A DNA stretch of 63,320 nt, filler included, from Thraustochytrium aureum (Eukaryota): NCBI GenBank assembly GCA_012862495.1. It is 6 parts of 5 records of this genome, joined end to end, with 100 filler letters (N's around TTAATTAATTAA, not from the genome) between each part and the next. Parts side by side here need not be neighbours in the genome. Positions count along the whole stretch, not along the records: positions 32,427 to 49,288 come from BLSG01000431.1; 5 more parts are not named here. One strand, written 5' to 3'. Shown here in pieces: positions 35,664 to 47,995 of this stretch. The notes beneath the pieces are model-generated. The model saw only the letters and a program-made list of their open reading frames with translations, was not told the DNA's origin and ran no database searches. The first letter of the stretch is position 1. The number at the start of each line of letters is the position of its first letter. Position numbers and translations under genes: made by a program.

Positions 35664-36005
35664 TCGACGTTTGCCGGCGCGACTGCCGCACCGCACGGGG
35701 GGCCGCAGACCACTCGCGCGCGCGAGTGCGCCCGCGCGCAAGTGCAACTAGGGGGCTCGTGGCTCGGGCCGCGCGGCCTCGTCCGCGCGCCTTTGCCCTG
35801 TAAAAGCTCTGTGTTGCAGCAAGAGCCTAGCCTAAAACTGCCTTTCTCCATCTACTTGTGGAACAAGCCGCCGCCCAAATCCTTCCGATGCGCGGCGCCG
35901 CCGATTCCTTGCAGGGCTCGAGAAGGAGCCAAGCACAGGCGCACTTGATCCGCGCGGTTGCCTGTTCGACCCTGAAGGCTCATCAAATTGACAACCCACA
36001 TGGGC

Positions 36006-36093
36006 CATCATCATCATCATTCATCATCATCATCATCATCATTCATCATCATCGTCATCATCATCGTCGTCATCGTCATCGTCATCATCACAT
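36006..36093. repeat. (CAT/CGT)n microsatellite between convergent genes
   Basis: Read directly from the sequence. Confidence 0.9.
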
Positions 36094-36280
36094 CCACGGC
36101 TTTTAACAGCCGTGGCTCGCCGGGACGTCCCGAATGGCTCCCCATCGCGGTTCCAGCGGGCTCGGTTCGTCGCAAGCAGACCGACTCCAAGAGAAAACAA
36201 ATCAACACCAACAGAATTATCGAAATTAGGTCGTCGGTAGGTCGCTCAGCCCACCGCTTGGCGCCCTCGCTTGTAGCCCA

Positions 36281-36367
36281 ACGCACGCGGGTTTTAGTTT
36301 CAGAGTCCGAGGCTCTCCGCGCTGGTCGCGCGAGATTTCGCCTCGGCCCGTCATTGTCCCCGTCGCG
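36281..36367 (-). promoter_or_regulatory. Eukaryotic type II SECIS element in a 3' UTR
   Basis: Minus strand: ATGAC-GGGCCGAGGC-GAAA-TCTCGCGC GACCA GCGCGGAGA-GCCTCGGACTC-TGAA. Shows the AUGA/GA core, a ~10-bp helix II, unpaired AAA, an apical mini-stem and lower helix CGCGACGGGG/CCCGCGTGCG. Confidence 0.88.
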
Positions 36368-36407
36368 AGCCGAGCCGCGTCGCAAAAGGCAAGGATCGAG
36401 CGAGCCC

Positions 36408-37166
36408 CTAGAGCTTGGCAGCCCCGACCTCGGCGGCCTCCGCAGAGTGGCCTGGCTTGCCCTCGCTCGCCAGGTCGGCGGCGCTCTCAGCCGGCCGGCC
36501 AGCGAGCGCGTCCGTGGCAGCCTTGATGGCGTCCCAGTCCAGGCGCGGGTAGCCAGGGCTCGTCTCGAGAAGCGCATAGGCGGGTTCTTTGGCCCCATGC
36601 CCGAGCAGGACAAGGCCGCCCTGCATCCATTGGTCTCCGGCATTGTTCTTCCGGCCAGGGCGGCCGGGAACCCAGCCCTTCGAAAGCACGAGAGGGAAAA
36701 ACTTGGCAAAGCCTACCCAGTTCTCCCACCGGCGGAGCTTAAGCGTGTTGGTCGCGCCGCGATGGCAGCCAAGCGCGAGGTGGGTCTTGCCCGACTCGTC
36801 GCACACAAAGGCGGGCCGCTCGCTCTCGTCGCCTTCCTGCTCGAACAGGCCCACGTTTGCGGCCTTGACCCGCGCAATCTCCACGCTCCCAGTACCGAGG
36901 AACACGACGCGGGTCTGTTGTGCCAGCCACGGCCTGGCCAGTACTTCCCGCATCCGCTCCTCGCACATGTTTCACGCGAAGTGTCGCAGCATGACGACCA
37001 CGAGCGCCTTGTCGCCGGCAACCTCCCGCAGCGTCGTCCTGCTGCCCGACCTCACCTCGCGCACTGCGCAGTCCAGCGCGAGCTGCATATCGCCGCGCTT
37101 GCCCATCCTCGCCCACGCCGATTCGAGCACTTCAAACCAGCTCTGGACCGCTCGCTCGCCGGTCGT
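36408..37166 (-). CDS. Peroxiredoxin-like 2 / SelU (AhpC-TSA_2) selenoprotein, UGA-Sec at 36972-36974; 5' end in the gap
   Basis: ORFs 36972-37850 and 36408-36968 are in frame: LVVVMLRHFA-U-NMC-EE matches the LRHFxCxxC motif. Also VVFLGTG, VCDE..HLALG and GDQWMQGG; SECIS downstream. Confidence 0.88.
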
Positions 37167-38084
37167 NNNNNNNNNNNNNNNNNNNNNNNNNNNNNNNNNN
37201 NNNNNNNNNNNNNNNNNNNNNNNNNNNNNNNNNNNNNNNNNNNNNNNNNNNNNNNNNNNNNNNNNNNNNNNNNNNNNNNNNNNNNNNNNNNNNNNNNNNN
37301 NNNNNNNNNNNNNNNNNNNNNNNNNNNNNNNNNNNNNNNNNNNNNNNNNNNNNNNNNNNNNNNNNNNNNNNNNNNNNNNNNNNNNNNNNNNNNNNNNNNN
37401 NNNNNNNNNNNNNNNNNNNNNNNNNNNNNNNNNNNNNNNNNNNNNNNNNNNNNNNNNNNNNNNNNNNNNNNNNNNNNNNNNNNNNNNNNNNNNNNNNNNN
37501 NNNNNNNNNNNNNNNNNNNNNNNNNNNNNNNNNNNNNNNNNNNNNNNNNNNNNNNNNNNNNNNNNNNNNNNNNNNNNNNNNNNNNNNNNNNNNNNNNNNN
37601 NNNNNNNNNNNNNNNNNNNNNNNNNNNNNNNNNNNNNNNNNNNNNNNNNNNNNNNNNNNNNNNNNNNNNNNNNNNNNNNNNNNNNNNNNNNNNNNNNNNN
37701 NNNNNNNNNNNNNNNNNNNNNNNNNNNNNNNNNNNNNNNNNNNNNNNNNNNNNNNNNNNNNNNNNNNNNNNNNNNNNNNNNNNNNNNNNNNNNNNNNNNN
37801 NNAAGTACTGACTGACTGACTGACACCCTGTTGTGCTGCTCGCACGTCAACGCACGAACTCGCGCACGACTCTCGGCGTGCCTCAGGACGGCGGACTCGG
37901 AACGCAGAGCCAGAACTGAGCGCCTGCTCAGGTGCCGCAGCGCGCGCAGCTCGGCGGCGGACGGCCGCGACGGCGTGGCCTCGCGGCAGCAGCCCGAACG
38001 TCCGCTTCAGCGAAACGTCTTGGGCAAGGTGCTGGCTGACAAGACCCGCCGGGCAGGCTGGCAGTGAGCCAGGACCTGGCAGCT

Positions 38085-39834
38085 ATGTCGCTTACAGGGC
38101 TCGTGGACACAGTGCGACGCAAGACTGGCTTTGGCTCAGCGCTGACGCGCAAGGGCAGCGCCACGAGGCGCGGCAAGAAAGTCGCCGCGTTCGGCCGGGC
38201 GGCAAAAGGCAGTGGCAGCAGCGACTTTGCCGGCTTTGTGGCTCGTCCGAGCTCAGGGCACAGGAGGCGGACACCAGCGCAAGCAGCGAACGCGAAATCG
38301 TCGTTCTGCGACTTTCGGGGCGTCTCGGTGAGCTGGCTGGTCGACTTCCAACAGAGGCTCGAGAGCGGCGAGGTCGCCGGCGGCGTCGAGCTCGTGCAGC
38401 TTGTGGAGGACAGCCGCGCACATGGCGGGCATACTGGCTCTGCGAGTGTCTTCCTCGCCTCCGGGACAACCGCGCAGCTGGTCAACGAAGTGGGGGCAAC
38501 TGGGGAAATGGATCTCCTCGTGCCAACGCTGGGCCGCGTTGTGGTTGAAGCGAGAAAGGTGCGCTACAAGGACCGCACTGCCTGGACCACAGAGGATATT
38601 TGCGAGTTTGTTGTCAAGGCCGACGAGCAAGTCTGGAGCGAAGGTCTGCTTTACAACCAAGTCATCGAGCAAGAGTGCAGGACCAGAGTGGGCGCCCCTC
38701 ACAAAGGCGCCTTCGTGTGCCAAGCGCGCCGAACGGTCTTCGCCGAACTCGTGCGCGCGCTCGTGGAGCACTTCTCCGCGGGCACGGAAGCGAACCCGCG
38801 GCCGTGTCTCAACCAAGAGTTTGTGTGGATCGACGTCTTTGGCGCCAACCAGCGCACGATGCCACGCTCAGCGACGCAAATGTCGGGACCGAATCGCGAA
38901 ATGTACGAGTTGGAGAGGACTGCGCTGGAGCGGATGGTCGGCGCAGAGCTCCACACCGCAGTGGCAAAGTTCGACTCGTGCTTGGTGTTCTTCGAGGATT
39001 GGCGAAATCCAACGCCTCTGACCCGCGAGTGGTGCCTCTGGGAACTCTTCGGCCGGGTCTCTCTTGGCGGCACGGATTCAGAGAGTGGCCTGCAGCCGGC
39101 GTTTCATGTAATCATGACTCCCGAAGTGCACCAAGATTTTGTGGAGAACGGCATGCTGGGCAGGGGCGCTTTCAAGCGGACGGCCGAGGCGGTCGCGCGC
39201 GTGGACATCCGGTCCTCGCGCTGCTCAAACTCCGATGACAAGTGGTTTATTCACCAGGAAGTGTCTCGCAACATCCCGGGCTCGTTCCTGACGATTAACG
39301 CCAAGGTCGGGACGCACCTCAAGCTCTGGCTCGCGCAAGAGGCCGTGGCGGCCTTGGACCGAATGCGGCCCGACCACGCCCCCAAGGCGGACTCGCGCTC
39401 GTCGGACATCGATGCCAGCAAGCGCTTCGCTCAACTGCTGCACGACACGGGACTCCTGCTTGCGACCCAGCGCAAACTTGACCGTGCGGTAGAGGTCCTG
39501 CGCGAGTGCGTCGAGGCGCGAAAGGCCTTGTACGGTCCACGCTCGCTCGTCGTCGGCGACACGCTTCGCGATCTAGCCTCGGCCTTGGGCGACCACGGAG
39601 CCGGAGACGAAGCCCTCGAGGCTCTCGAGGACTCGCTCGATATTCGCCAGAAAATCGTCGGCCCGGACGACCCGTCGCTGATCGAAACCTTGGTGTGCAT
39701 CGGGGCGCTGCTCAAGAACCGCAAGGGCAAGCAGGCTCGTGCCGCTGCAAGGGACATGCTGGAGCACGCGCTGCAGATTGCTGATCGCGCTGGCAAACGG
39801 CCCCTTCGCATACGGCCACTCGTCGGGCTTGGCG
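38085..39834 (+). CDS. HET/TIR-like domain plus kinesin-light-chain-type TPR repeat protein; 3' end in the gap
   Basis: GVSVSWL, TTEDICEFVVK, FVCQA..F.ELV.AL, VWIDVFGANQ, WRNPTPLTREWCLWE; 42-aa TPRs (LRECVEARKALYGPRS, LEDSLDIRQKIVGPDDP). Confidence 0.75.
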
Positions 39835-40543
39835 ANNNNNNNNNNNNNNNNNNNNNNNNNNNNNNNNNNNNNNNNNNNNNNNNNNNNNNNNNNNNNNNNN
39901 NNNNNNNNNNNNNNNNNNNNNNNNNNNNNNNNNNNNNNNNNNNNNNNNNNNNNNNNNNNNNNNNNNNNNNNNNNNNNNNNNNNNNNNNNNNNNNNNNNNN
40001 NNNNNNNNNNNNNNNNNNNNNNNNNNNNNNNNNNNNNNNNNNNNNNNNNNNNNNNNNNNNNNNNNNNNNNNNNNNNNNNNNNNNNNNNNNNNNNNNNNNN
40101 NNNNNNNNNNNNNNNNNNNNNNNNNNNNNNNNNNNNNNNNNNNNNNNNNNNNNNNNNNNNNNNNNNNNNNNNNNNNNNNNNNNNNNNNNNNNNNNNNNNN
40201 NNNNNNNNNNNNNNNNNNNNNNNNNNNNNNNNNNNNNNNNNNNNNNNNNNNNNNNNNNNNNNNNNNNNNNNNNNNNNNNNNNNNNNNNNNNNNNNNNNNN
40301 NNNNNNNNNNNNNNNNNNNNNNNNNNNNNNNNNNNNNNNNNNNNNNNNNNNNNNNNNNNNNNNNNNNNNNNNNNNNNNNNNNNNNNNNNNNNNNNNNNNN
40401 NNNNNNNNNNNNNNNNNNNNNNNNNNNNNNNNNNNNNNNNNNNNNNNNNNNNNNNNNNNNNNNNNNNNNNNNNNNNNNNNNNNNNNNNNNNNNNNNNNNN
40501 NNNNNNNNNNNNNNNNNNAGGAGCTCACTCGCGCGCTCGCGTG

Positions 40544-42769
40544 ATGGACCAACAGCGGTATGGGTTGAGCAAGGTCGCGCTCGTCGCGCTCGTTGCCTTT
40601 GCAGCAGGCACGTTTGTCGGGAGCGCGTTTTGGGAAAGGGGAAGGTTTGGCGAGGCCGAGAGCGAGGAGTGCTTTTGCCCAGACTCCGTGATTGCTGCCC
40701 CGCCCGCGGTCAACCCGACAATTTGGCCAGCGGCTGAAGCTACACCTGAAGCAAATGCTCGCGCCTCAACCCACAGTGAAGACGCGAGTGCAGCTGCCGA
40801 GCCTGCTCCGTGCACGGCTGCCGAACCTGCTCCGTGTGTAGCCGCCGAGCCTGCTCCATGTATAGCCGCCGAACCTGCCCCGTGCGCAGCCGCAAATGCC
40901 ACCCACATGTCGGCCAAGGAAGCAGTGGGGGTCCGAGATACTGGCACTGGCCAAGCGTTCTTGGGTGGCGACGCTGCGTGGTTCAAAGTGCTTGGCATGT
41001 CCAGCGACTTCGGCCCCTTACGCGACTTTGCAGGGATTCGTTCGATGCGCGAGACAAGGATCGTCACTGGGAACACAGATCGCCTGCACCAAATGCTTGA
41101 GCACCTTTCAAGTGGCAAAGACTGCCTGACGTTTGTCATGGTTGGGGGCAGCATCACTTACGGTCGCAATGTAGGCGGGGTCAAAAGCTCGAAAGTGTAC
41201 CATGCAAGACTCAAAGCATATCTGGACCGTCGGTTCCCTTGCGACGGCGCTGCAGGGCACGCCATCCGGGTCCTCGCGTTGGGCGGCTCCAGTAGTGCGT
41301 ACCTCGAAAAGAACATCGGCCAATATCTACGCGAGATCGGAGGCCGCTGCGATGCTATCGTCGTAGAGTACAACGTCAATGATGGCTTTATGGGGCTCCC
41401 ACCGGGCTGGACCAGGCACACAGCTGCCGCGGTGGCGACAGAACGGGTGATTCGCAAGCTCCTCAGATTTCGCCCGACGGACAAGGCGGGTGGGCCTCTG
41501 CCCCCCCCTGCCATCATCTACCTTGAGATGTCTTGGCTGCTCAAACGCCTCATACAAAACCGCGAAGGCTCCGCATTCAAACAAGGCGTGGACGAGGCCA
41601 CTTCACAGGCCTTCCCTGGGTTGACAAGCCATGTTCCCGTGACGGCCTTCTACGGGATACCAACGATTTCCATCACGGAGCCGTTCGTGCGAATGGCAAT
41701 CGCCCGAAACTCGAAAGCGTACCTCAAAGGCAACCGGTTTTCGACAAATGCGCTCTTCACGGACCCGTGCTGCCACCCACGCCCACCAATGCACGCCTTT
41801 GCTGCCGCGGCCCTCGCATACAACTTTGAGGAGGAACTCGCGCTCATGCATGCTCAAGCAACCGGCCTCGTCGGCGCACCTGTGCCGGAAGCGAGGGACT
41901 TTTCGTTGCTTGACCCGCCCGAGCTCCCTGGCCGATTCCGTATCCCCGAGCAGGAGGATCTCGAGTCGATTGTCGAGCCTGCGACGCTCAACTTTGCCCG
42001 CGAGCAACCGCCCAAGGCCATCCTCGGCGATTCGCAGTCAACGGGGTTTTCTTGGTACGCAGACTCGCGCAACAAGACTGGTTTCATCGCGACGACGCGG
42101 GGGTCCTATGTTCGGTTCGACGTCCGCCTTGACCCAGAAGATATAAGCCGCGCTCGCGTGGAGGTTGGCTTTTTACGGAGCTTTGAAAAGGTCTCGGCTG
42201 CCGTTCTCTGGATCACGTCCAGCGACAGCGACTCTTTCCAACAGTCCCGAACAGCGTGTCACAGAATCTCACACTCGGGGGGCTTCTGTCAAGGGTGGCG
42301 CTGCGATGTGGGTTGGATCCAGAAAACGTACGGGGCGCGCTCGGGCCACTGGGGCAGTCTCAACTCCTCGACGAATTTCGGACGCTTGCTCAGAAAGCTG
42401 ATCGTAGGCAGCAATGGCCTGCTTGACTTGAAAAAGTTGGGGCCCACTTCAACTTGGAAAGCTTCGGACAAGAGAACAGACCCGTTCGCCGTTGTTGAGG
42501 AGGAGGTTCCCACAGCGCACTCTGTATCGATCATTGACGCTCTCGAGAGGTCGCCGTATGATCGCGTCTCTATCGTTTCTGACCGATCTTTTTCGCTCAA
42601 GGGTCAAGCCGGAGATAGCTTTTCTGTGCACTTGTGCGTGCTCCCATTCGGTTGGGACACCGACCTCGCCATTGCAAACAGCACCGTGCAGACCCCAGAG
42701 GAGGGGGACTCCAAGTTCAAGTTGGTGTATCTCGCCGCTTACCATGCTCAGCATGTCAACGGCGCTTGA
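40544..42769 (+). CDS. Type II membrane SGNH/GDSL-hydrolase-fold protein (CAP64-like) with AAEPAPC repeats
   Basis: N-terminal anchor VALVALVAFAAGTFVG; blocks VGGSITYG, ALGGSSS, VEYNVND, DPCCHP. Confidence 0.72.
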   Translation: MDQQRYGLSKVALVALVAFAAGTFVGSAFWERGRFGEAESEECFCPDSVIAAPPAVNPTIWPAAEATPEANARASTHSEDASAAAEPAPCTAAEPAPCVAAEPAPCIAAEPAPCAAANATHMSAKEAVGVRDTGTGQAFLGGDAAWFKVLGMSSDFGPLRDFAGIRSMRETRIVTGNTDRLHQMLEHLSSGKDCLTFVMVGGSITYGRNVGGVKSSKVYHARLKAYLDRRFPCDGAAGHAIRVLALGGSSSAYLEKNIGQYLREIGGRCDAIVVEYNVNDGFMGLPPGWTRHTAAAVATERVIRKLLRFRPTDKAGGPLPPPAIIYLEMSWLLKRLIQNREGSAFKQGVDEATSQAFPGLTSHVPVTAFYGIPTISITEPFVRMAIARNSKAYLKGNRFSTNALFTDPCCHPRPPMHAFAAAALAYNFEEELALMHAQATGLVGAPVPEARDFSLLDPPELPGRFRIPEQEDLESIVEPATLNFAREQPPKAILGDSQSTGFSWYADSRNKTGFIATTRGSYVRFDVRLDPEDISRARVEVGFLRSFEKVSAAVLWITSSDSDSFQQSRTACHRISHSGGFCQGWRCDVGWIQKTYGARSGHWGSLNSSTNFGRLLRKLIVGSNGLLDLKKLGPTSTWKASDKRTDPFAVVEEEVPTAHSVSIIDALERSPYDRVSIVSDRSFSLKGQAGDSFSVHLCVLPFGWDTDLAIANSTVQTPEEGDSKFKLVYLAAYHAQHVNGA
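40790..40890 (+). repeat. 24-bp coding tandem repeat x4 (xAAEPAPC)
   Basis: GCNGCCGARCCTGCNCCRTGY units seen directly. Confidence 0.85.
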
Positions 42770-43230
42770 TCTCGATCTGCTCCACGCAGCTCCAACTGTC
42801 GAGCAAGACCTGGACCAATCCTTTGTCGATTGTGGAGGACCATGATCCACGTTTTTCTGTGAGCATTTTGCGACCGATATCCACGTGCAACGGCAAGCCT
42901 CGGGCGGGTGCACTCAGGCAGAGCAGATGGGCCGAAGGTGCGCGGTCGAGTGAGCAAGCGCACGCGCACGCTCTTCTGATCACCAAGGCGACCCAGGAAC
43001 ACTTTTACGGCACTTCTAATCTCATAAATCAGCAAATCTTCAAGAACGCTTAGTTGTACTACCCAGGCCAGGTCCCCGACTCGTCTCCATCCTGGCTTGG
43101 GGCACGTGCGTACTCTGTAGGGCACCGAGCCGTCGCGACGCGGATCGGCGCTGCGCAGGTCTTGGCGAGAGGGATTGGGTGCTGGATCCTGCATCGTTCT
43201 GCTACGCTGCATGTCACGACGTCCGACGAC

Positions 43231-46200
43231 CTAGGGTTCCAGTTGCGCAGCCATGCGCTGGCTGTCGGCCAGGAGCTTCTTCACGCGATGGCGCGTCGAC
43301 GACGGAAGTTTACTAGCTAGCGCGACGAGAACCGCCATAGACTCGCAGGCCGCGGCACGAGCTAAATCGCCAAGGGCGCCGCCCTGCGCGAGCCACCACT
43401 CGACGAGCGCCGGGCGCCCACTGTGCACAGCAGCCTCCAAGAAGCGCAACGCTTCTTCACGCGTGCGCGGCGCCAAAGCCGGGTTTCGCATCGCGAGGTC
43501 GAGCTTGTCAACAGTGACGAGCAGCCAAATGTCGACGTCGCCCAGCAAGCCCATCAAATCAATCCACTCTTCGCTTGGCAAGCTGCGGAGGACGATTTCC
43601 ATGAGCGCAATATCCTGCATGAAGAGGAACGGCATCGCTTTGGCGAATGTCGAAGGCTCAAAGCGTTTCCCCGAGTTGAGAAGCATGCCACCGAGTCCTC
43701 CACGCCATTGAGGATGGCAGTAAGCAACGCGTTGTCTGTTGCGCCAAATCGAGGATCCGCCAGAAAGAGCGCCAACACATCCGGGAGAAGCGACGCTTGG
43801 GACACGACAAGGTCGCCATCCAAGTCGACAATTTCAGCAGGGCAATAGTCCAGAAGAAGGCGCGTCATTTCGACAGAGCGTGTCGCCCACATGAAATAGA
43901 TGGGAAACACGTGGAATCGATCATCCTCGAACAGCCGGCGCACGACCTCCACATGCCCGGCGTGAATGGCGACGCGTGGGCACTCCCAGAAAACAGGGTC
44001 GCGCAAGGCTACAATGGGCGTCTCCTCGTGGTCCGCGTTGTGCCCTTGAGCCTTGCCCTTGCGCATGCAAGCAAAGCACAGGTCAAAGTCAAAGCAGCTG
44101 CTGCACTTGTACCGCGTCCCGTCGATGAGCTCGTCGCACGAGTTGCATGTAGCTTCGTGCTCGCCGTCGGAGCGCACGCGGATCCAGCCCTCGTTCTGGA
44201 GGAACATTTCAACGAACTCGACGTTGCCCGCCTTGCAAGCCGACCAGAACGCGTCGTTATTCGGATTCCACGGCTCAACGCCAGGGTATTCCAAAAGAGC
44301 GCGTGCCAGCGGCAGGTTCTTGTGGTAGATTGCATCGCCAAGGTATGACGCCTGCCGCTGACGGAGGTGCCGCGACACAGAGCGCTTGGCTGCCTTGGCG
44401 AGGTCAACTTTGCGCGCCGCGAGGAGCTCAAGCAAGCGGTCGTTGTTCTTGGCCTCGTTGAACAGGAGGTCGAATTCTTTGCTCTCGTCTGCGATCCCGA
44501 AAGAGCTGCACAAGGCGTAAAAGAGCTCCGAATTGTGAGCTCGTTCCGCCACGGTGGCCGCCTGCGCTTCGGTGAGCCCGAGGAGGTCAGGTGAGGCCTT
44601 GAGAACAGGAAGCGCGCTGTCGCGATCCTCACGACAGGCCCACAGGAAAAACGGCTGCATCACCCAGGACGGGGTCACGTCGCACGCCCTTAGAATCCTT
44701 TCGATCGTGGCGGCTTTCCAAACGCCGCGAAACAGCGTCACCAACAGGACTTGCCGAACGGATACGGAAGGCTCTGGCGGGAAGTAGGCTCCAAGGGCCC
44801 CCGATTTCACAAACGATTCGACAGCAGTAGCGAACAGCTCGAACGTGGTCGCTCGGTCGTCCCCGGTCTGCGCGCCATCGGCGGCTAGTTCTCCGTCAGC
44901 CCCTTGCTCAAGAACACCGTCACCTCCGGCGTCGGCCTGGTCGATCGAGATTGCAACACTGCCCTGGGCAAGTTCCGATTTGCCTGCAGCCGGCAAGGAA
45001 GCCCGAACGCTGGCTCGCTGCGCCCTCGACGCGACACGTGGCAGGGGCTTTGACGGTTTGCACAATAGGCGCTGAAGCAGCGAGGGGCGCGGCCGCAGCA
45101 CGGAGGGCCGCTTCGGCGCCGTGCTTGCACTGAGCGAGCGCAGCGAGCGCCCAAGCGAGCTGATGGACTTGGCAAGCTTTTGCCCTACTGCCGGGTCGTC
45201 CTCTACGCTGGCCTTGGCGAGCGCCTTCGGAACCGAGTCGACCAATTTTGACATGGACGACTCGCCTTCGCCGGCGCGCTCGGCGCTGCCCAAGTGAAGG
45301 AACTCGATGCTCTCTTCAAGTGCGAGATACATTGCGCTGTTAGCGATCTTGAGCATGGGAAAGCCGCGGACATCCTCGGGGAGGCTGGCCCAGTCGCTGG
45401 CAAGCGCGCACGACTCGCAGAGGTCGAAAGAGGTGTAGTGAAAGGTGAGCTCGGCGATACTCTTGTATCGCGGGCCGACGATTGGGACAGTGTGGCACAT
45501 GTCGCATCCGAGGCGCCGGTGTTTTCCTTTTCCAGGGGGCCTCGTGCCTCCGTGGCGAGCCAGAGGTTGCACATCGCCCTGCTGTTGCTCGCGATGGCAG
45601 CGGCAAGAGTAAATCGTGCATACTCGCGGATCGGGGCGCTGCGCAAAAGAAACTCAACCATCTCAAGGCTCGCACGCTTGACGGCGGCATCCAAGGTCTG
45701 CTGTGCGCGAAACCCGAGGTCGAAGCCTACTTGCTCACTGAGGTACCTGAGGAGATCCAGGTGGCCGCTGGCCGCCACAATTTCAAACACGCCGCGCTCG
45801 TCCGACGCACGCTGAGCGATCTCCTCGAACACCTGCCCGACGATGCCGAACGCTTGGCCGCCGACTTGCGTGCTGTCCAGCGAAACGTGCGAGGCGGTGG
45901 CCGAGACGCTACCGCTCGAATCTGACCGCATCGTCCTACCGCGGGCTGATGCTGGCGCATCCTCGTGCGGCTGCTCCTCCACGCCGCCCTGCTTGAGGCG
46001 GCTCGTGGAGATACTGGCGCGGAGCGAAGCTGCGCCGCGCCGGCGAATCATGCTCTCTCGGGCGCCCGCGTCCTCGCTACCGCCGTCCTCGCTGGCAGCG
46101 CCAACCTCGTCCAGAGTGGCACGGTGGTGGCTGGGCCGGGTCGAGGTGTCCTGACTTGACAGGTCGCTGTTCTGCCGTATGCGGCCAGCCTTGCGCACCA

Positions 46201-46722
46201 GCCTAGCGACCTGGGATCTTGTCAGGGACGCGAAGAAGACGCGGGCAGTACTGACGCTACCACCTTTGCAGAGGGCGTGGAGGATCTCCTCGGCGACTGT
46301 GATGGTTTTGGTCACCCCGCGCTCCGAGAGATCGATGTTGCCGATCTTCATGCGGAGGTCGCGCTTTCTCCACAGCCGTCGCGCAGCCGTTNNNNNNNNN
46401 NNNNNNNNNNNNNNNNNNNNNNNNNNNNNNNNNNNNNNNNNNNNNNNNNNNNNNNNNNNNNNNNNNNNNNNNNNNNNNNNNNNNNNNNNNCATCTGCGAG
46501 GAGCACGCGTAGGGCTTCGTCTTTGCTTTTTCGCGCAGCCATGCAGGCGCAGAAAAGCACAAGCTCGCCGTCCGGGTCTTCGAAGGCTTTGTCTGCAAGC
46601 ACGGCTTTGACGCCGCCCCCGTCATTCGCCTTGCTCCGGTTCAAGAGCGTCTCCGCACGCGAGGGCCCTTGGCCGCGCCACCATCCCAGGTTGAACCCAG
46701 CGGACTTGGGCGGCACGTTCAT
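43231..46722 (-). CDS. Ankyrin-repeat protein with two ZZ-type zinc fingers; several frameshifts and a gap; possible upstream exon near 46965-47117
   Basis: CDMC..PIVGPRYKS..FDLCESC and CNSCDELIDGTRYKCSSCFDFDLCFAC..H..H; ankyrin-like AASGHLDLLRYL, ACKAGNVEFVEMFL, AIHAGHVEVVRRL. Confidence 0.75.
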
Positions 46723-47554
46723 CGTGGGACGTGGGGCTCGCCGCGCGCCACGTTGGCTGTGCCGCTAGAGTGGCGCCAGGCGCGACCGCGTTTCGTTTGC
46801 TCGCCTTTGACGCCTCTGGCGCTTTTGGCGCCTGTCGCCCTCCGGCTCGCAGGCGGATCGGGCTTGGCTCTGCTGGGAGATTGTCGCGCTATGTGCCTGA
46901 ACGCCGCCGCCGTTTTTGTGCTCTGCTCGGGAGAGCACTTGCAGTTGAGTTAGTCGAGCACTTACCTACCGCCAAGACCTTGCGGCTTGTCGACGAGGCC
47001 CTGCAAAGCGCTGGACCGGCAGGCGAAGGCCTGTGCGAGCGTCACGGCCGATCCCGTGGTCAAGTGATCAACAGGCTTGCGCTGGCAGGCGGAGGCTTGG
47101 CTCGCTCGGTCCATCATCAAACCAAGAGTCGAACGCACACAAATGCGGTGGACGCTCCGAGGCACAAAGCCCCGCTGCTCGCAGCCTGCTCGCTCCCGCT
47201 CACGCCAGTGCTCGAGCAGTGTGCAGAATCGGCCGGACGAGCGAGCCGCCCTCTCGCTGGCGAAAGCGCGACGACTCGGACGGCGTCGTGTGGGTCCTCT
47301 TCGCCGCGAGCGCACAACGCGGTGCGTTCAAAGCACGATGCTCGCCCCCTCGTTGGGCCAGAATCACGGCAGATGGACGACGATGATCATCACGATCCGA
47401 GTGATCAGCCTGGCTTTGATCGACTCGGTGAGTTTGTGTCTGGCCGTGACCTCCTTGCCGTGACCTCCTTGCCGTGACAGCGGGGCTGGCAACTCGACGC
47501 AGGAACCTCCCTGACCGGGCGCTTCGCACGTCGACTCGGAGGGATCGTTTGGCA

Positions 47555-47605
<51 letters not shown>

Positions 47606-47995
47606 GCTGGCAGGCAGGCTGGCAGGCAGGCAGGTGCCACAAAGTCCTGATGGCACAAAACCACTCCGAACATAGAACGATTCCGTGCATTTGCGGACGG
47701 GGCGTCAACGAGGCGAGAGCAACGAGAGCAACCGTGGCGCAGAGCAAAGCAGAAGCTCACGCGGGTTGCGGCGCATGTGCGTCAAAGTCCACAGTGCACC
47801 ACGAGAGTTCCTATGCATCTTGCTCACGCATCAGGCAAGTCGGACAGCAGTCGGAGGGCCACGATGGCCGTTACGGAATTGCAATGATGATCATCATGAG
47901 AAAATCATGAGAAACATTTGGCCAGCAAGCAAAGCAGCCCAGGATGCACCGCGCCAGGACCGGCAGGCAGGCAGGCAGGCAGGCAGCCCGTGGTG

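Noticed and set aside
35988..36106. Poly-His or poly-Ile ORFs
   Set aside because: Translations of a (CAT)n microsatellite in 3' intergenic DNA.
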